A stretch of DNA of 40,019 bases from the sequence record DRR723986_3397, one strand, 5' to 3'. This document shows positions 9,935-18,588 of this stretch, piece by piece. The notes beneath the pieces were generated by a model. The model did not search any database. It had not been told where the DNA came from and worked only from the letters and a program-made list of their open reading frames with translations. The position numbers and the translations under genes are program-made. The first letter of the stretch is position 1; each line of letters starts with the position of its first letter.

Positions 9935-11278
9935 GTGGAGCAGGGCGAGGACAAATCAGGCAAGCCGGGATTCATGGCTTCGACCACGGCTGGCAACCTG
10001 GTGGGCCGTGTCTTCATGCCCAGTGAACTTCGATTTGCCGCCATGCCGCCTTTGGCACTTTACATTCACCTGCCCTGGTGTGTGCGCAAATGCCCTTACT
10101 GTGATTTCAACAGCCACTTGGCGCCGGAAAGCAAGCTGCGTGAAGTGGGTGTACCGGTGGTGTCCGAGATACAGCGCGTCGACATTGATCCATCAAGCGC
10201 TGTTGAGCAGGGTTTTGCAGAGTCGCTGCCCTTGGACTTGCAACGCCGTTACCTCAATGCCCTGATTGCCGATCTTGACCAACAATTGCCAAAAATCTGG
10301 GGCCGAAAGTTGTACTCAATTTTCATTGGCGGCGGCACACCTTCCCTGTTTGCGCCTGAGTTGATTGATGAATTGTTGGGCGCAGTACGTGCACGTTTGG
10401 GCATGCCACAAAGTGGCGAAATCACCATGGAGGCCAATCCTGGTACTTTTGAACAAGGGCGATTTGAAGGTTTTCGAGAGGCAGGCATCAACCGCTTGTC
10501 GATCGGTGTGCAAAGTTTCTCCGATTCTCACTTGAAGGCCTTGGGACGGGTGCACAACAGTGGGCAGGCCCTGGCCGCAGTGCGCAGTGCCGTGGCCTTG
10601 TTCGATGAAGTGAACCTTGATCTGATGTATGCCTTGCCCCATCAAAACGTGGAGCAGGCACTGGCCGATGTGGCGCAGGCTGTGGCGCTGAACAGCACGC
10701 ACTTAAGCCTGTACCAGTTGACCCTGGAGCCCAACACGCTGTTTGCCGTAAAACCGCCGCCTCTGCCCGATGACGACACCTTGATCGACATTGAAGAGGC
10801 TGTTCACAAGGCTGCGAAGGAGGCAGGCTTTGAGCAATACGAAATTTCGGCCTTTGCAAAACCCGGACACCGCTGTCAGCACAACCTGAATTATTGGGGG
10901 TTTGGCGACTACTTGGGGCTGGGTGCCGGGGCGCACGCAAAAATAAGTTACCCCAACCGCATTGAGCGGGAAACCCGCCACCGCAACCCCATGGCCTACA
11001 TGGAGGAAATGGAGGGCGCGGCGCAACCACTGGAGGTGCGCACCCTGGCTGTGAGGGAGTTGCCATTCGAGTTCATGCTCAATGCCTTGCGCTTGATCGA
11101 CGGGGTACCCGAAAGCTGGTTCGTGGAGCGTTGTGGCAGGCCACTGAGCGATTTGCAAAAGCCTTTGAAACAGGCATTGAGTAAAGGTTTGATCGAAACC
11201 CAACCTGGCCTGTTCAAACCCACTGAATTGGGCTTTCGTTTTCTGAATGACCTTCAGGAAATGTTCTTGGCCGGTTAA
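9935..11278 (+). CDS. hemW: Radical SAM heme chaperone HemW (HemN-like); start may be the ATG at 9974
   Basis: LYIHLPWCVRKCPYCDFNS, GGGTPS, HNLNYW (HemW-type HNxxYW); rph-rdgB-hemW synteny. Confidence 0.9.
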   Translation: MEQGEDKSGKPGFMASTTAGNLVGRVFMPSELRFAAMPPLALYIHLPWCVRKCPYCDFNSHLAPESKLREVGVPVVSEIQRVDIDPSSAVEQGFAESLPLDLQRRYLNALIADLDQQLPKIWGRKLYSIFIGGGTPSLFAPELIDELLGAVRARLGMPQSGEITMEANPGTFEQGRFEGFREAGINRLSIGVQSFSDSHLKALGRVHNSGQALAAVRSAVALFDEVNLDLMYALPHQNVEQALADVAQAVALNSTHLSLYQLTLEPNTLFAVKPPPLPDDDTLIDIEEAVHKAAKEAGFEQYEISAFAKPGHRCQHNLNYWGFGDYLGLGAGAHAKISYPNRIERETRHRNPMAYMEEMEGAAQPLEVRTLAVRELPFEFMLNALRLIDGVPESWFVERCGRPLSDLQKPLKQALSKGLIETQPGLFKPTELGFRFLNDLQEMFLAG

Positions 11279-11294
11279 GCGCCTTTAGTCCGGT

Positions 11295-11819
11295 TCAGTT
11301 CAAGTGGCGCGTTTCGGGCCGTTCGATGATGCTGGGCACACTCTTGAAATGCAAACCCCAATCAGCCTGCCCACAGGTTTTGATCAACAAGTCAGCAAAG
11401 CCGTGTTGCAGCTGTTCGGCCATTCGCATCTCGAACCCTTTGCCACTGCCTGCAACCAATTTCAACACCAGATCGGTGTTGTGCGCCTCTCCACTGGGGC
11501 GCAGCTCAATCTGGGTGATCAGCAGTGGGTCCGCACCCAGTGGCGTGGTGGTGTTTTTGTCTTGAAACGGGCTTTTGAAATCAGCGGAGTACAGCGACAC
11601 TTCGCGGCTCATTTCGAGCAGCGCTTTGCGGCCCGCCTCGTTTAGCGGTCTGTCGCTGGCTAGAAGCTTCTGCATCATTTCATCCAGACTGGGTATCAAC
11701 ATGCGCACCATGCGGCGCGTCAGCCATACCCGTACCTCCTGATTTTCAGCCGAATTGATTCGCATCAGAATGCGATCATGCTCGGGCGCGTAAGCAACTT
11801 GGAGTTGTTTGATTTGCAT
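11295..11819 (-). CDS. Conserved hypothetical protein
   Basis: ORF fills the gap between hemW and clpB; MQIKQLQVAYAPEHDRILMRIN...WLTRR resembles an uncharacterised betaproteobacterial family. Confidence 0.75.
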   Translation of the reverse strand: MQIKQLQVAYAPEHDRILMRINSAENQEVRVWLTRRMVRMLIPSLDEMMQKLLASDRPLNEAGRKALLEMSREVSLYSADFKSPFQDKNTTTPLGADPLLITQIELRPSGEAHNTDLVLKLVAGSGKGFEMRMAEQLQHGFADLLIKTCGQADWGLHFKSVPSIIERPETRHLN

Positions 11820-11866
11820 GGCGGCGTACTTGGAAAAATAGTGCATGTCATTTGTGTTGGCGTTAT

Positions 11867-11895
11867 CTTGAAATCACCACGCTCGCCCACACATA
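11867..11895 (+). promoter_or_regulatory. Candidate sigma32 (RpoH) promoter of clpB
   Basis: CTTGAAA -35 match followed by CCCACACAT, an imperfect CCCCAT-type -10; clpB is a classic heat-shock gene. Confidence 0.5.
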
Positions 11896-11943
11896 CGGTT
11901 CAAGGGTATTGTGACTCAAAATTGTTAAGAAGGGTTTGCACAC

Positions 11944-14532
11944 ATGCGTTTAGATCGACTCACCACCAAGTTTCAGGAAGCTTTGGCCGACGCCCAGAGC
12001 CTGGCTGTGGGAAAAGACAACCCCACAGTTGAACCTGCACATGTGTTGTTGGCCATGCTCAAGCAGGGCGAGGGGTCTGTTCGCGGCGTCATCAGCAAGG
12101 CGGGCGGTAACCCGCAGGTGTTGGTCAAAGGCGTTGAGGCCGAGGTGAACAACCTGCCTCAAGTGGCCAACAATGCCGGTCAAATCCAGATTGGCAGCAA
12201 ATTACAAGCTGCCTTGAACCTCACTGACAAAGAGGCGCAAAAGCGAGGCGACCAGTTTATTGCCAGTGAACTGTTTTTGCTGGCTTGTTTGCAAGACAGC
12301 ACCGGGTTGGCCAAGGTCATGAAAGAGGCGGGCTTGAATGCCCAGTCGTTGAACACCGCAATTGAGCAGGTGCGCGGTGGCGCAGCTGTCGACAGCGCCG
12401 AGGGTGAAAGCCAGCGCGAAGCTTTGAAAAAATACACGATTGATTTAACCGAGCGCGCCCGGATGGGCAAGCTGGATCCCGTCATCGGTCGCGATGACGA
12501 AATTCGTCGTGCCATTCAAATTCTGCAGCGCCGAACCAAAAACAACCCTGTGCTGATTGGCGAGCCAGGCGTGGGAAAAACAGCCATTGTCGAAGGTCTG
12601 GCCCAACGCATCGTCAATGGCGAGGTACCCGATACCTTAAAGAACAAGCGTGTGCTGGTGCTGGACATTGCTTTGTTGTTGGCTGGTGCCAAATACCGTG
12701 GCGAGTTTGAAGAACGCTTGAAAGCGGTGTTGAAAGACATCGCAGCGGATGAAGGTCAAACCATTGTGTTCATTGATGAAATTCACACCATGGTGGGTGC
12801 TGGCAAAGCCGAGGGTGCAATTGATGCAGGCAACATGCTAAAACCTGCATTGGCCCGCGGTGAATTGCATTGCATTGGCGCCACCACCCTGGATGAATAC
12901 CGCAAATACATCGAAAAAGATGCCGCACTTGAGCGTCGTTTTCAGAAAGTACTGGTCGGTGAACCCAGTGTAGAAAGCACCATTGCCATTTTACGTGGCC
13001 TGCAGGAGCGCTATGAGTTGCACCACGGGGTCGACATTACCGACCCCGCCATTGTTGCGGCTGCGGAGCTCAGCCACCGCTACATCACCGATCGCTTCCT
13101 GCCTGACAAAGCCATTGATCTGATCGATGAGGCTGCAGCCCGAATCAAGATGGAAATTGACTCCAAGCCTGAGGAAATGGACAAGCTGGATCGCCGGATC
13201 ATTCAGCTGAAAATTGAACGCGAGGCTGTCAAGCGAGAGCAAGACGAAGCCTCTAAAAAGCGCCTGGCCTTGATCGAGGAAGAAATTGTTCGACTTGAGC
13301 GCGAGTACGCAGACCTCGACGAAATCTGGAAAAGTGAAAAGGCCGCAGTGCAGGGCAGTGCGGCCATCAAGGAAGAAATTGATCACATTCGCGCAGAAAT
13401 CGAGCAGTTGAAACGCAAGGGCGATTGGCAGAAAGTGTCTGAACTTCAGTACGGCAAATTGCCCGATCTGGAGAAAAAACTGAATGATGTGAAAGACAAC
13501 GAGGGTGGAGAAAAGAAGCCGAACAGGCTGTTGCGCACCCAGGTTGGCACCGAGGAAATTGCAGAGGTGGTTAGCCGCGCAACCGGCATTCCAGTGAGCA
13601 AAATGCTGCAAGGTGAACGCGACAAGTTGTTGCAAATGGAAGCTGCCTTGCACCTGCGTGTCGTCGGGCAGGACGAAGCCGTTACTTTGGTGTCTGACGC
13701 CATTCGCCGTTCGCGTGCCGGTCTCTCTGACCCCAACAAGCCCTTGGGTTCGTTCCTGTTTCTGGGCCCCACCGGTGTGGGTAAAACAGAGCTGTGCAAG
13801 GCGCTGGCTGGCTTCCTGTTTGATTCGGAAGACCATCTGATTCGCATCGACATGAGTGAGTTCATGGAGAAGCACAGTGTGAGCAGGCTGGTGGGTGCGC
13901 CTCCAGGGTATGTAGGCTACGACGAAGGCGGTTACCTGACCGAAGCCGTGCGCCGCAAACCTTACAGCGTAATTTTGCTGGATGAGGTGGAAAAGGCTCA
14001 CCCCGACGTGTTCAACGTGCTGTTGCAAGTGCTGGACGATGGGCGTTTGACCGATGGGCAGGGCCGCACTGTAGACTTTAAAAATACAGTCATTGTGATG
14101 ACATCCAACCTGGGTTCGCATGAAATTCAGCGTTTGGCAGGTCAGGATGGCGAGGTGATTAAAGCTGCGGTCATGGAAGAGGTGAAGCAGCACTTCCGTC
14201 CGGAATTCATCAACCGGGTGGATGAGCTGGTGGTGTTCCACGCTTTGGACAATGCGCACATTGCAAACATCGCCCGCATTCAGTTGCAGCGTTTGCAGCA
14301 GCGCCTGGCCAGCCGCGACATGCGCCTGGAAGTGAGTGATGCGGCATTGGCCGAAGTGGTCAAGGCAGGTTTTGATCCTTTGTATGGTGCAAGGCCTTTG
14401 AAGCGCGCCATTCAGCAAATCATCGAGAACCCGGTTTCAAAAATGATTCTGGAAGGCCGGTTTGGGCCGAACGATGTTGTGCCGGTTGATTTCAAGGAAG
14501 GGGCGTTCACCTTTGAACGGGTGGTTCACTGA
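11944..14532 (+). CDS. clpB: ATP-dependent disaggregase ClpB
   Basis: Two AAA+ modules ([16 protein letters not shown]), coiled-coil middle domain, [17 protein letters not shown]. Confidence 0.99.
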   Translation: MRLDRLTTKFQEALADAQSLAVGKDNPTVEPAHVLLAMLKQGEGSVRGVISKAGGNPQVLVKGVEAEVNNLPQVANNAGQIQIGSKLQAALNLTDKEAQKRGDQFIASELFLLACLQDSTGLAKVMKEAGLNAQSLNTAIEQVRGGAAVDSAEGESQREALKKYTIDLTERARMGKLDPVIGRDDEIRRAIQILQRRTKNNPVLIGEPGVGKTAIVEGLAQRIVNGEVPDTLKNKRVLVLDIALLLAGAKYRGEFEERLKAVLKDIAADEGQTIVFIDEIHTMVGAGKAEGAIDAGNMLKPALARGELHCIGATTLDEYRKYIEKDAALERRFQKVLVGEPSVESTIAILRGLQERYELHHGVDITDPAIVAAAELSHRYITDRFLPDKAIDLIDEAAARIKMEIDSKPEEMDKLDRRIIQLKIEREAVKREQDEASKKRLALIEEEIVRLEREYADLDEIWKSEKAAVQGSAAIKEEIDHIRAEIEQLKRKGDWQKVSELQYGKLPDLEKKLNDVKDNEGGEKKPNRLLRTQVGTEEIAEVVSRATGIPVSKMLQGERDKLLQMEAALHLRVVGQDEAVTLVSDAIRRSRAGLSDPNKPLGSFLFLGPTGVGKTELCKALAGFLFDSEDHLIRIDMSEFMEKHSVSRLVGAPPGYVGYDEGGYLTEAVRRKPYSVILLDEVEKAHPDVFNVLLQVLDDGRLTDGQGRTVDFKNTVIVMTSNLGSHEIQRLAGQDGEVIKAAVMEEVKQHFRPEFINRVDELVVFHALDNAHIANIARIQLQRLQQRLASRDMRLEVSDAALAEVVKAGFDPLYGARPLKRAIQQIIENPVSKMILEGRFGPNDVVPVDFKEGAFTFERVVH

Positions 14533-14543
14533 GTGCAGCTATT

Positions 14544-14635
14544 TGAAATCGCATAGCTGTGCTCATCGAAGTCGCGTGGCTTCTTTATTCGAAGCCGCGT
14601 AGCTTCGTTCTTCGAAGCCGCTGAACTCTGCGCCT
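14544..14635. repeat. Degenerate 23-bp tandem array, four units, core YGAARYCGC
   Basis: Units start at 14544, 14567, 14590 and 14613; units 2-3 are GAAG..CTTC mini-hairpins. Confidence 0.7.
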
Positions 14636-14835
14636 GAGAAGCCTTGCCCCAGTCACTTCTCTCGCAGCCCCGCCCAACGTGAATATTGCGGCGATGGCCG
14701 TTCTGATCCCGTTCGGAATGGATGCCGCAAACGCTAACGCGTCTTGCGGAGCCGCTTCGCGTCTAATCCATTCCAAACAGGGAACGGCGGGCGGGTCTTG
14801 AACGTCGCGAGTAAGTGACTGTGGCAAGGCTTCTC
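14636..14835 (-). repeat. Fold-back element 1 (200 nt; REPIN/MITE-like or ncRNA)
   Basis: About 30-bp terminal inverted arms (14636-14665/14807-14835), inner stems GCCGTTC/GAACGGC and GGAATGGAT/ATCCATTCC, two-hairpin cap. Confidence 0.75.
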
Positions 14836-14884
14836 CAGCGCGAATATTGGTTCTTGCGTTGACCAGTGAATTCGAGACGCTGCT

Positions 14885-14916
14885 GCGGACTTGCGGACTT
14901 GCGGACTTGCGGGCTT
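14885..14916. repeat. 8-bp tandem repeat (GCGGACTT)3 plus GCGGGCTT
   Basis: Read directly from the sequence. Confidence 0.9.
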
Positions 14917-14942
14917 CGCTGAGCGATGGTGTTCTTTATTCA

Positions 14943-15115
14943 CGGTGTAGTGTCGCGATCATCTTGCCGATTCAGGTGGGCTTCCCGCTTGATGCACGGC
15001 GAGGGGCGACTCCGCAAGGAGTCGATGCGAAGACGCGTTCGCGTTTCGCATGCCCCAAGCAAGCAATCAAGAAGGGATTAAAGCCCGCCAAGGCGGGATG
15101 ACGTGACCTGCACCG
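14943..15115 (+). ncRNA. Fold-back element 2 (about 175 nt): candidate structured ncRNA or ssDNA element
   Basis: Nested stems with five G-U-compatible pairs on the + strand, closed by a three-way junction with a GCAA-loop hairpin and a bulged-G hairpin; transcription not shown. Confidence 0.5.
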
Positions 15116-15160
15116 GGAACAATACACGAGTTCCAACGCCTTGCCCGCCAAGGCGGGATG
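15083..15160. repeat. Two identical 18-bp REP-like palindromes GCCCGCCAAGGCGGGATG
   Basis: Copies at 15083-15100 and 15143-15160; CCCGCC-AA-GGCGGG palindrome. Confidence 0.85.
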
Positions 15161-15192
15161 CAACAATGCACAAGCGTCGCAATGCCCACGTA

Positions 15193-16071
15193 TCAATGCG
15201 CTGCAGCGTACATTGCCTCGCCAGCCTCGACAGGGTTACCGGTCTTGTTGAACACCTCAAGCCACACACCATAGTTGTGGACTGTGGGGTCTTGCCAAGG
15301 GTGAAACCCAGGTTTGAAGTAGTTCAACAATTTGGGCAGCAGGCTGCTATATAGCCCTTTTGGACCCAACAGCCAGACCAGGCCTTTCGAGTACATTTTG
15401 AACCGTGTCCAGCCCTTGAAACCATCGGTGCCCAGAATAATCCAGGTGAATACCAGCGTGTGTAAGGTGAAGTTGAACATGGCGTGGGCCATGGCAAGGC
15501 TTCGCTTGAAATAACCTACTTTGGCCACTTTCTGCATGACATCAAATGCCACAGCCTTGTGTTCCATTTCTTCAATGGCATGCCACGCCAACATGGCACG
15601 AACCCGATGATCTGCGCCGGCCATCACTTCCTTGCGGGCAAAAAACATCTCGGCCATCATGGCTGTGAAATGCTCCAACGCTGCGGTCATGGCCAGGTTG
15701 TACTCTGGTGACAGAACCTGCAAACGGCGGTTCATGATCTTCGTAATCACATGCAACATTTTGTCCACTGGCACACCTTGCTCTTTCAGGCGCCTGTTGT
15801 AGTCGGTGTGAACCTTGCCATGTTGACCTTCCTGAAAGGAAAAGTCTTTCACTGCTTTCAACAACTCAGGATCGGTGATTTTGTCTTTGAAATTGCGAAC
15901 GCTCGAGATGAAATAACGCTCGCCGTCCGGAAAACTCATTTGAACACCATCAATCACGCGGGTTTTGAACGCGTCTCCATCCATCCAATAGCGGGGGATG
16001 TCCTTGTCAGTGATTCCAAAATCCAGATCTTTCCGGACTACGATGTCTTCTTTGAACGATGTTGTTGTCAT
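15193..16071 (-). CDS. Predicted metal-dependent hydrolase (ferritin-like Metal_hydrol family)
   Basis: SFPDGERYFI, QEGQHGKVH, ALEHFTA, WHAIEEMEHKAVAFD, YFKPGFHPW; ATG at 16071 with GGAGG RBS. Confidence 0.88.
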   Translation of the reverse strand: MTTTSFKEDIVVRKDLDFGITDKDIPRYWMDGDAFKTRVIDGVQMSFPDGERYFISSVRNFKDKITDPELLKAVKDFSFQEGQHGKVHTDYNRRLKEQGVPVDKMLHVITKIMNRRLQVLSPEYNLAMTAALEHFTAMMAEMFFARKEVMAGADHRVRAMLAWHAIEEMEHKAVAFDVMQKVAKVGYFKRSLAMAHAMFNFTLHTLVFTWIILGTDGFKGWTRFKMYSKGLVWLLGPKGLYSSLLPKLLNYFKPGFHPWQDPTVHNYGVWLEVFNKTGNPVEAGEAMYAAAH

Positions 16072-16195
16072 GACTGCCTCCTGCTGCATTGTGTGAATAA
16101 AGATTACCGAATCACCACAACACACGATATGATTTGAAATGACAAAAAGGGAAGAATTCGCGACAGGTTTAATCGTTCGCGTCACAGGAGGTTTG

Positions 16196-17200
16196 GTGGA
16201 AACCATCAATTTTCAAATGCTTGCAAGCCTTGCCAATGCTGCACGGCGCTGCGACATTGATTTGAACAGTGTGATGCAGGAGCTGAAACTGGAAATTGAC
16301 ATGACCGGGGACCCTCGTCGGCGCATGTCTTTGTCGTGCTTTAGTTCTTTGTTCTCCGCAGTTGAGGCACGCAAACCAAGCCAACACTTTCCGCTGGTGT
16401 TTGGTGATTCTTTCAACTTCGATGGTTTGCCCGAGTTGGCCACTTTTGTGACCAGTGCGTCTACTCCTCAAGAGGCCATGAGAGTATTGGACTGGTCCCC
16501 CAAGCTGCTTCATCCGAATTTGCATTTTACAACGCTCAATTTGGGTAGCGAAGCGGCGTTAGAGATCAGGGTGCCCGATCCGGAAGGCGTAAACGAAGAC
16601 CTGCCAGGATTTGTCGAGGCGGCCATGTCTGCTGTTTTGAAGTTTATCCATCTTCTCAGTCCTGGCTCACACCTGATCAAGCGCATCGAATTTCGCCATG
16701 CGCCATTGACCCAGGAGTCGGCCTATCTGGAGGTGCTCAAGACCACGGTGCTGTTCAAGCAGGCCCACAATCGCTTGGTGGTGGATTCGTCTGCACTGGA
16801 TTTGCCCTTGCCTGGGGGTATTCCTTCAGCACATCACAAGGCGCAGGCTGTGATTTTGAACCGCTTGTTACCGGATGTTGAAGAGCAAACCCTTGAAAAA
16901 CAAATCAAGCGTTTGTTGAGGTCGCGTTTGAGTATGTTGAGTGAGCCAATACAGGTGATAGCCGAGGTGCTGCATATTCACCCGCGTACCTTACAGCGAA
17001 GGCTGAAAAGCGAGGGCAAGTCGTATGCTGAAATTCTGGGGGCTGTTCGCCACGAACTGGCCCGCGAGATGCTGAAAGGCTCGGTACTCGACATTGAAAC
17101 GATTGCAGCGAATCTGGGTTATTCCGATCGTCGAAGCTTCACCAGTGCATTCTTGAAATGGCAGGGGGTCTCTCCGCGGGAATTCAGAAATCAGCAGTGA
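16196..17200 (+). CDS. AraC family regulator (OruR/ArgR-like N-domain)
   Basis: C-terminal HPRTLQRRLK..G and IAANLGYSDRRSFTSAFLKWQGVSPREFR; divergent from the hydrolase; start uncertain (16139 or 16196). Confidence 0.9.
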   Translation: METINFQMLASLANAARRCDIDLNSVMQELKLEIDMTGDPRRRMSLSCFSSLFSAVEARKPSQHFPLVFGDSFNFDGLPELATFVTSASTPQEAMRVLDWSPKLLHPNLHFTTLNLGSEAALEIRVPDPEGVNEDLPGFVEAAMSAVLKFIHLLSPGSHLIKRIEFRHAPLTQESAYLEVLKTTVLFKQAHNRLVVDSSALDLPLPGGIPSAHHKAQAVILNRLLPDVEEQTLEKQIKRLLRSRLSMLSEPIQVIAEVLHIHPRTLQRRLKSEGKSYAEILGAVRHELAREMLKGSVLDIETIAANLGYSDRRSFTSAFLKWQGVSPREFRNQQ

Positions 17201-17282
17201 AACCGGATGGTCATGTTCCATGCCTGAATTTCATGCTTAAATTTTGGCTTTGAATTGATTCATTAAATTTTCGGAGAGCTTT

Positions 17283-17774
17283 ATGACCCCTACCACGGAC
17301 CTATGCGATGCCAACGAAGACAAAATTGCCGCGGGCACTTTGCGTGTTGTCGAGCCGATGTTTCAAAGTTGGGGCATGAAAAGCAGTTTTATGGGGCAAG
17401 CCCACACCTTGAAAGTATTTGAAGACAATTCCTTGGTGCGCAGCGCCCTCGAAAAGGACGGACAAGGCAAGGTGCTGGTGGTTGATGGTGGTGGCAGCAT
17501 GCGTTGCGCCTTGGTGGGCGGCAACCTTGGCATGTTGGCTGAAAAAAACAACTGGGCAGGTATTGTGGTGTACGGCTGCGTGCGCGACACCCTCGAATTG
17601 GATGAATGCAATGTGGGAATTCGTGCACTGGCCGCGCATCCCATGAAAAGCCAGAAGCGAGGCACGGGTCACGAGAACATCGAAGTGGCCTTGAGTTTCA
17701 CCACTGTGCGCCCTGGCAATTGGGTGTATGCGGACGAGGATGGTGTTTTGATTTCAGAAACAGCCTTGATCTGA
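17283..17774 (+). CDS. rraA: RraA family protein (RNase E regulator / HMG aldolase-like)
   Basis: [43 protein letters not shown]. Confidence 0.92.
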   Translation: MTPTTDLCDANEDKIAAGTLRVVEPMFQSWGMKSSFMGQAHTLKVFEDNSLVRSALEKDGQGKVLVVDGGGSMRCALVGGNLGMLAEKNNWAGIVVYGCVRDTLELDECNVGIRALAAHPMKSQKRGTGHENIEVALSFTTVRPGNWVYADEDGVLISETALI

Positions 17775-17779
17775 TTGTT

Positions 17780-18229
17780 TCAGGACAGGTCGCCGGTTAA
17801 AAAATTCGGTGGCCTTGTTTCATCGGTTTGAATCAACGAAGTTCGACTCACCTTTATTGCGCCGGTGCCAGAAACGATTGATATTTCATCGTACCCTTGT
17901 TTCACGATGGGCAGCCTGCCATAAGTTTTTACCAGCGAGTCGACAATTTCATTGGTGCTTTTGTCCGCGCCAGCCGTCACGCACAAAAATTTACCAGGAT
18001 TCGGAATCAATTGATAAATTCGATCAACTGATTCTTTAATCTTGTGCAATTGATCCGGTTGTATGTGAGCCACCAAGGCCTTGCCATCGGACTCGCGCCA
18101 CAAAGCCAGGCCCACGCAAAGCGCGCACCCTGTCGTGCCAATCCGAGTGGAATCGCTTTGGTTCGAAGCCGGGGAAAGTAAACCATATTGGTTTTGACCA
18201 ATCATGTGGGTGGCTAGCAAGCGAGTCAT
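17780..18229 (-). CDS. Orphan, putative CheD/NTAN1/CNF1-fold Cys-His deamidase
   Basis: IGQNQYG...IGTTGCALCVGLALW....KALVAHI matches the T-x4-C...AH spacing of this fold. Confidence 0.5.
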   Translation of the reverse strand: MTRLLATHMIGQNQYGLLSPASNQSDSTRIGTTGCALCVGLALWRESDGKALVAHIQPDQLHKIKESVDRIYQLIPNPGKFLCVTAGADKSTNEIVDSLVKTYGRLPIVKQGYDEISIVSGTGAIKVSRTSLIQTDETRPPNFLTGDLS

Positions 18230-18410
18230 GTGAATGTCTGTTGGATATTTTTGTTGAGTGGTCCGGCAAGATCAAAATGTTCACACGAACCATTTTTAGA
18301 AGGTTGCGCCGCATGATTTAGAGTGTTCACTCTTTTTCATTTAGAGAAAAAGTATTTCATATCGTGATTAATTCGAGATAAGTATTTGATTTTAAACGAT
18401 ACGAAAAAAA

Positions 18411-18428
18411 GTCTTGTATAAGATATAA
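18411..18428. promoter_or_regulatory. Candidate SdhR-type (GntR/HutC) operator upstream of aceA
   Basis: GTCTTGTATAAGATATAA resembles the GTCTTATATAAGACATAA palindrome I recall upstream of Burkholderiales TCA/glyoxylate genes. Confidence 0.5.
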
Positions 18429-18588
18429 CTCTTGTTGCTCTGCGAAATGATCTGTAAGATACGGCTCATCACCTGATCGACACCACTTGCCCAAGTGATA
18501 CCCGCGTAGCTGCACCCGCAGGGCACCGCAAGTAGGCCATCAAGCGAACCGTTTTCTTTTTTCTCTATTGCCTTCTGAGGACATCACT

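Noticed and set aside
12991-14418. 475-aa antisense ORF inside clpB
   Set aside because: Antisense shadow of a conserved, codon-biased gene; no recognisable motifs
14544-14635. CRISPR interpretation of the 23-bp array (also considered for 26-87 and 15083-15160)
   Set aside because: Periods are too short or there are only two copies, the 23-bp units are degenerate, and no cas genes are present
14943-15115. 6S RNA, tRNA, attC or retron identity for the fold-backs
   Set aside because: Size is 6S-like but there is no large central bubble or usual zapA/ygfA context; no cloverleaf, no RYYYAAC/GTTRRRY ends, no integrase or reverse transcriptase nearby. An Rfam scan is still needed.
14585-15272. 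Short ORFs (64-84 aa) in the clpB-hydrolase gap
   Set aside because: They run through GC-rich palindromes and repeats, lack clear RBSs and resemble no protein family
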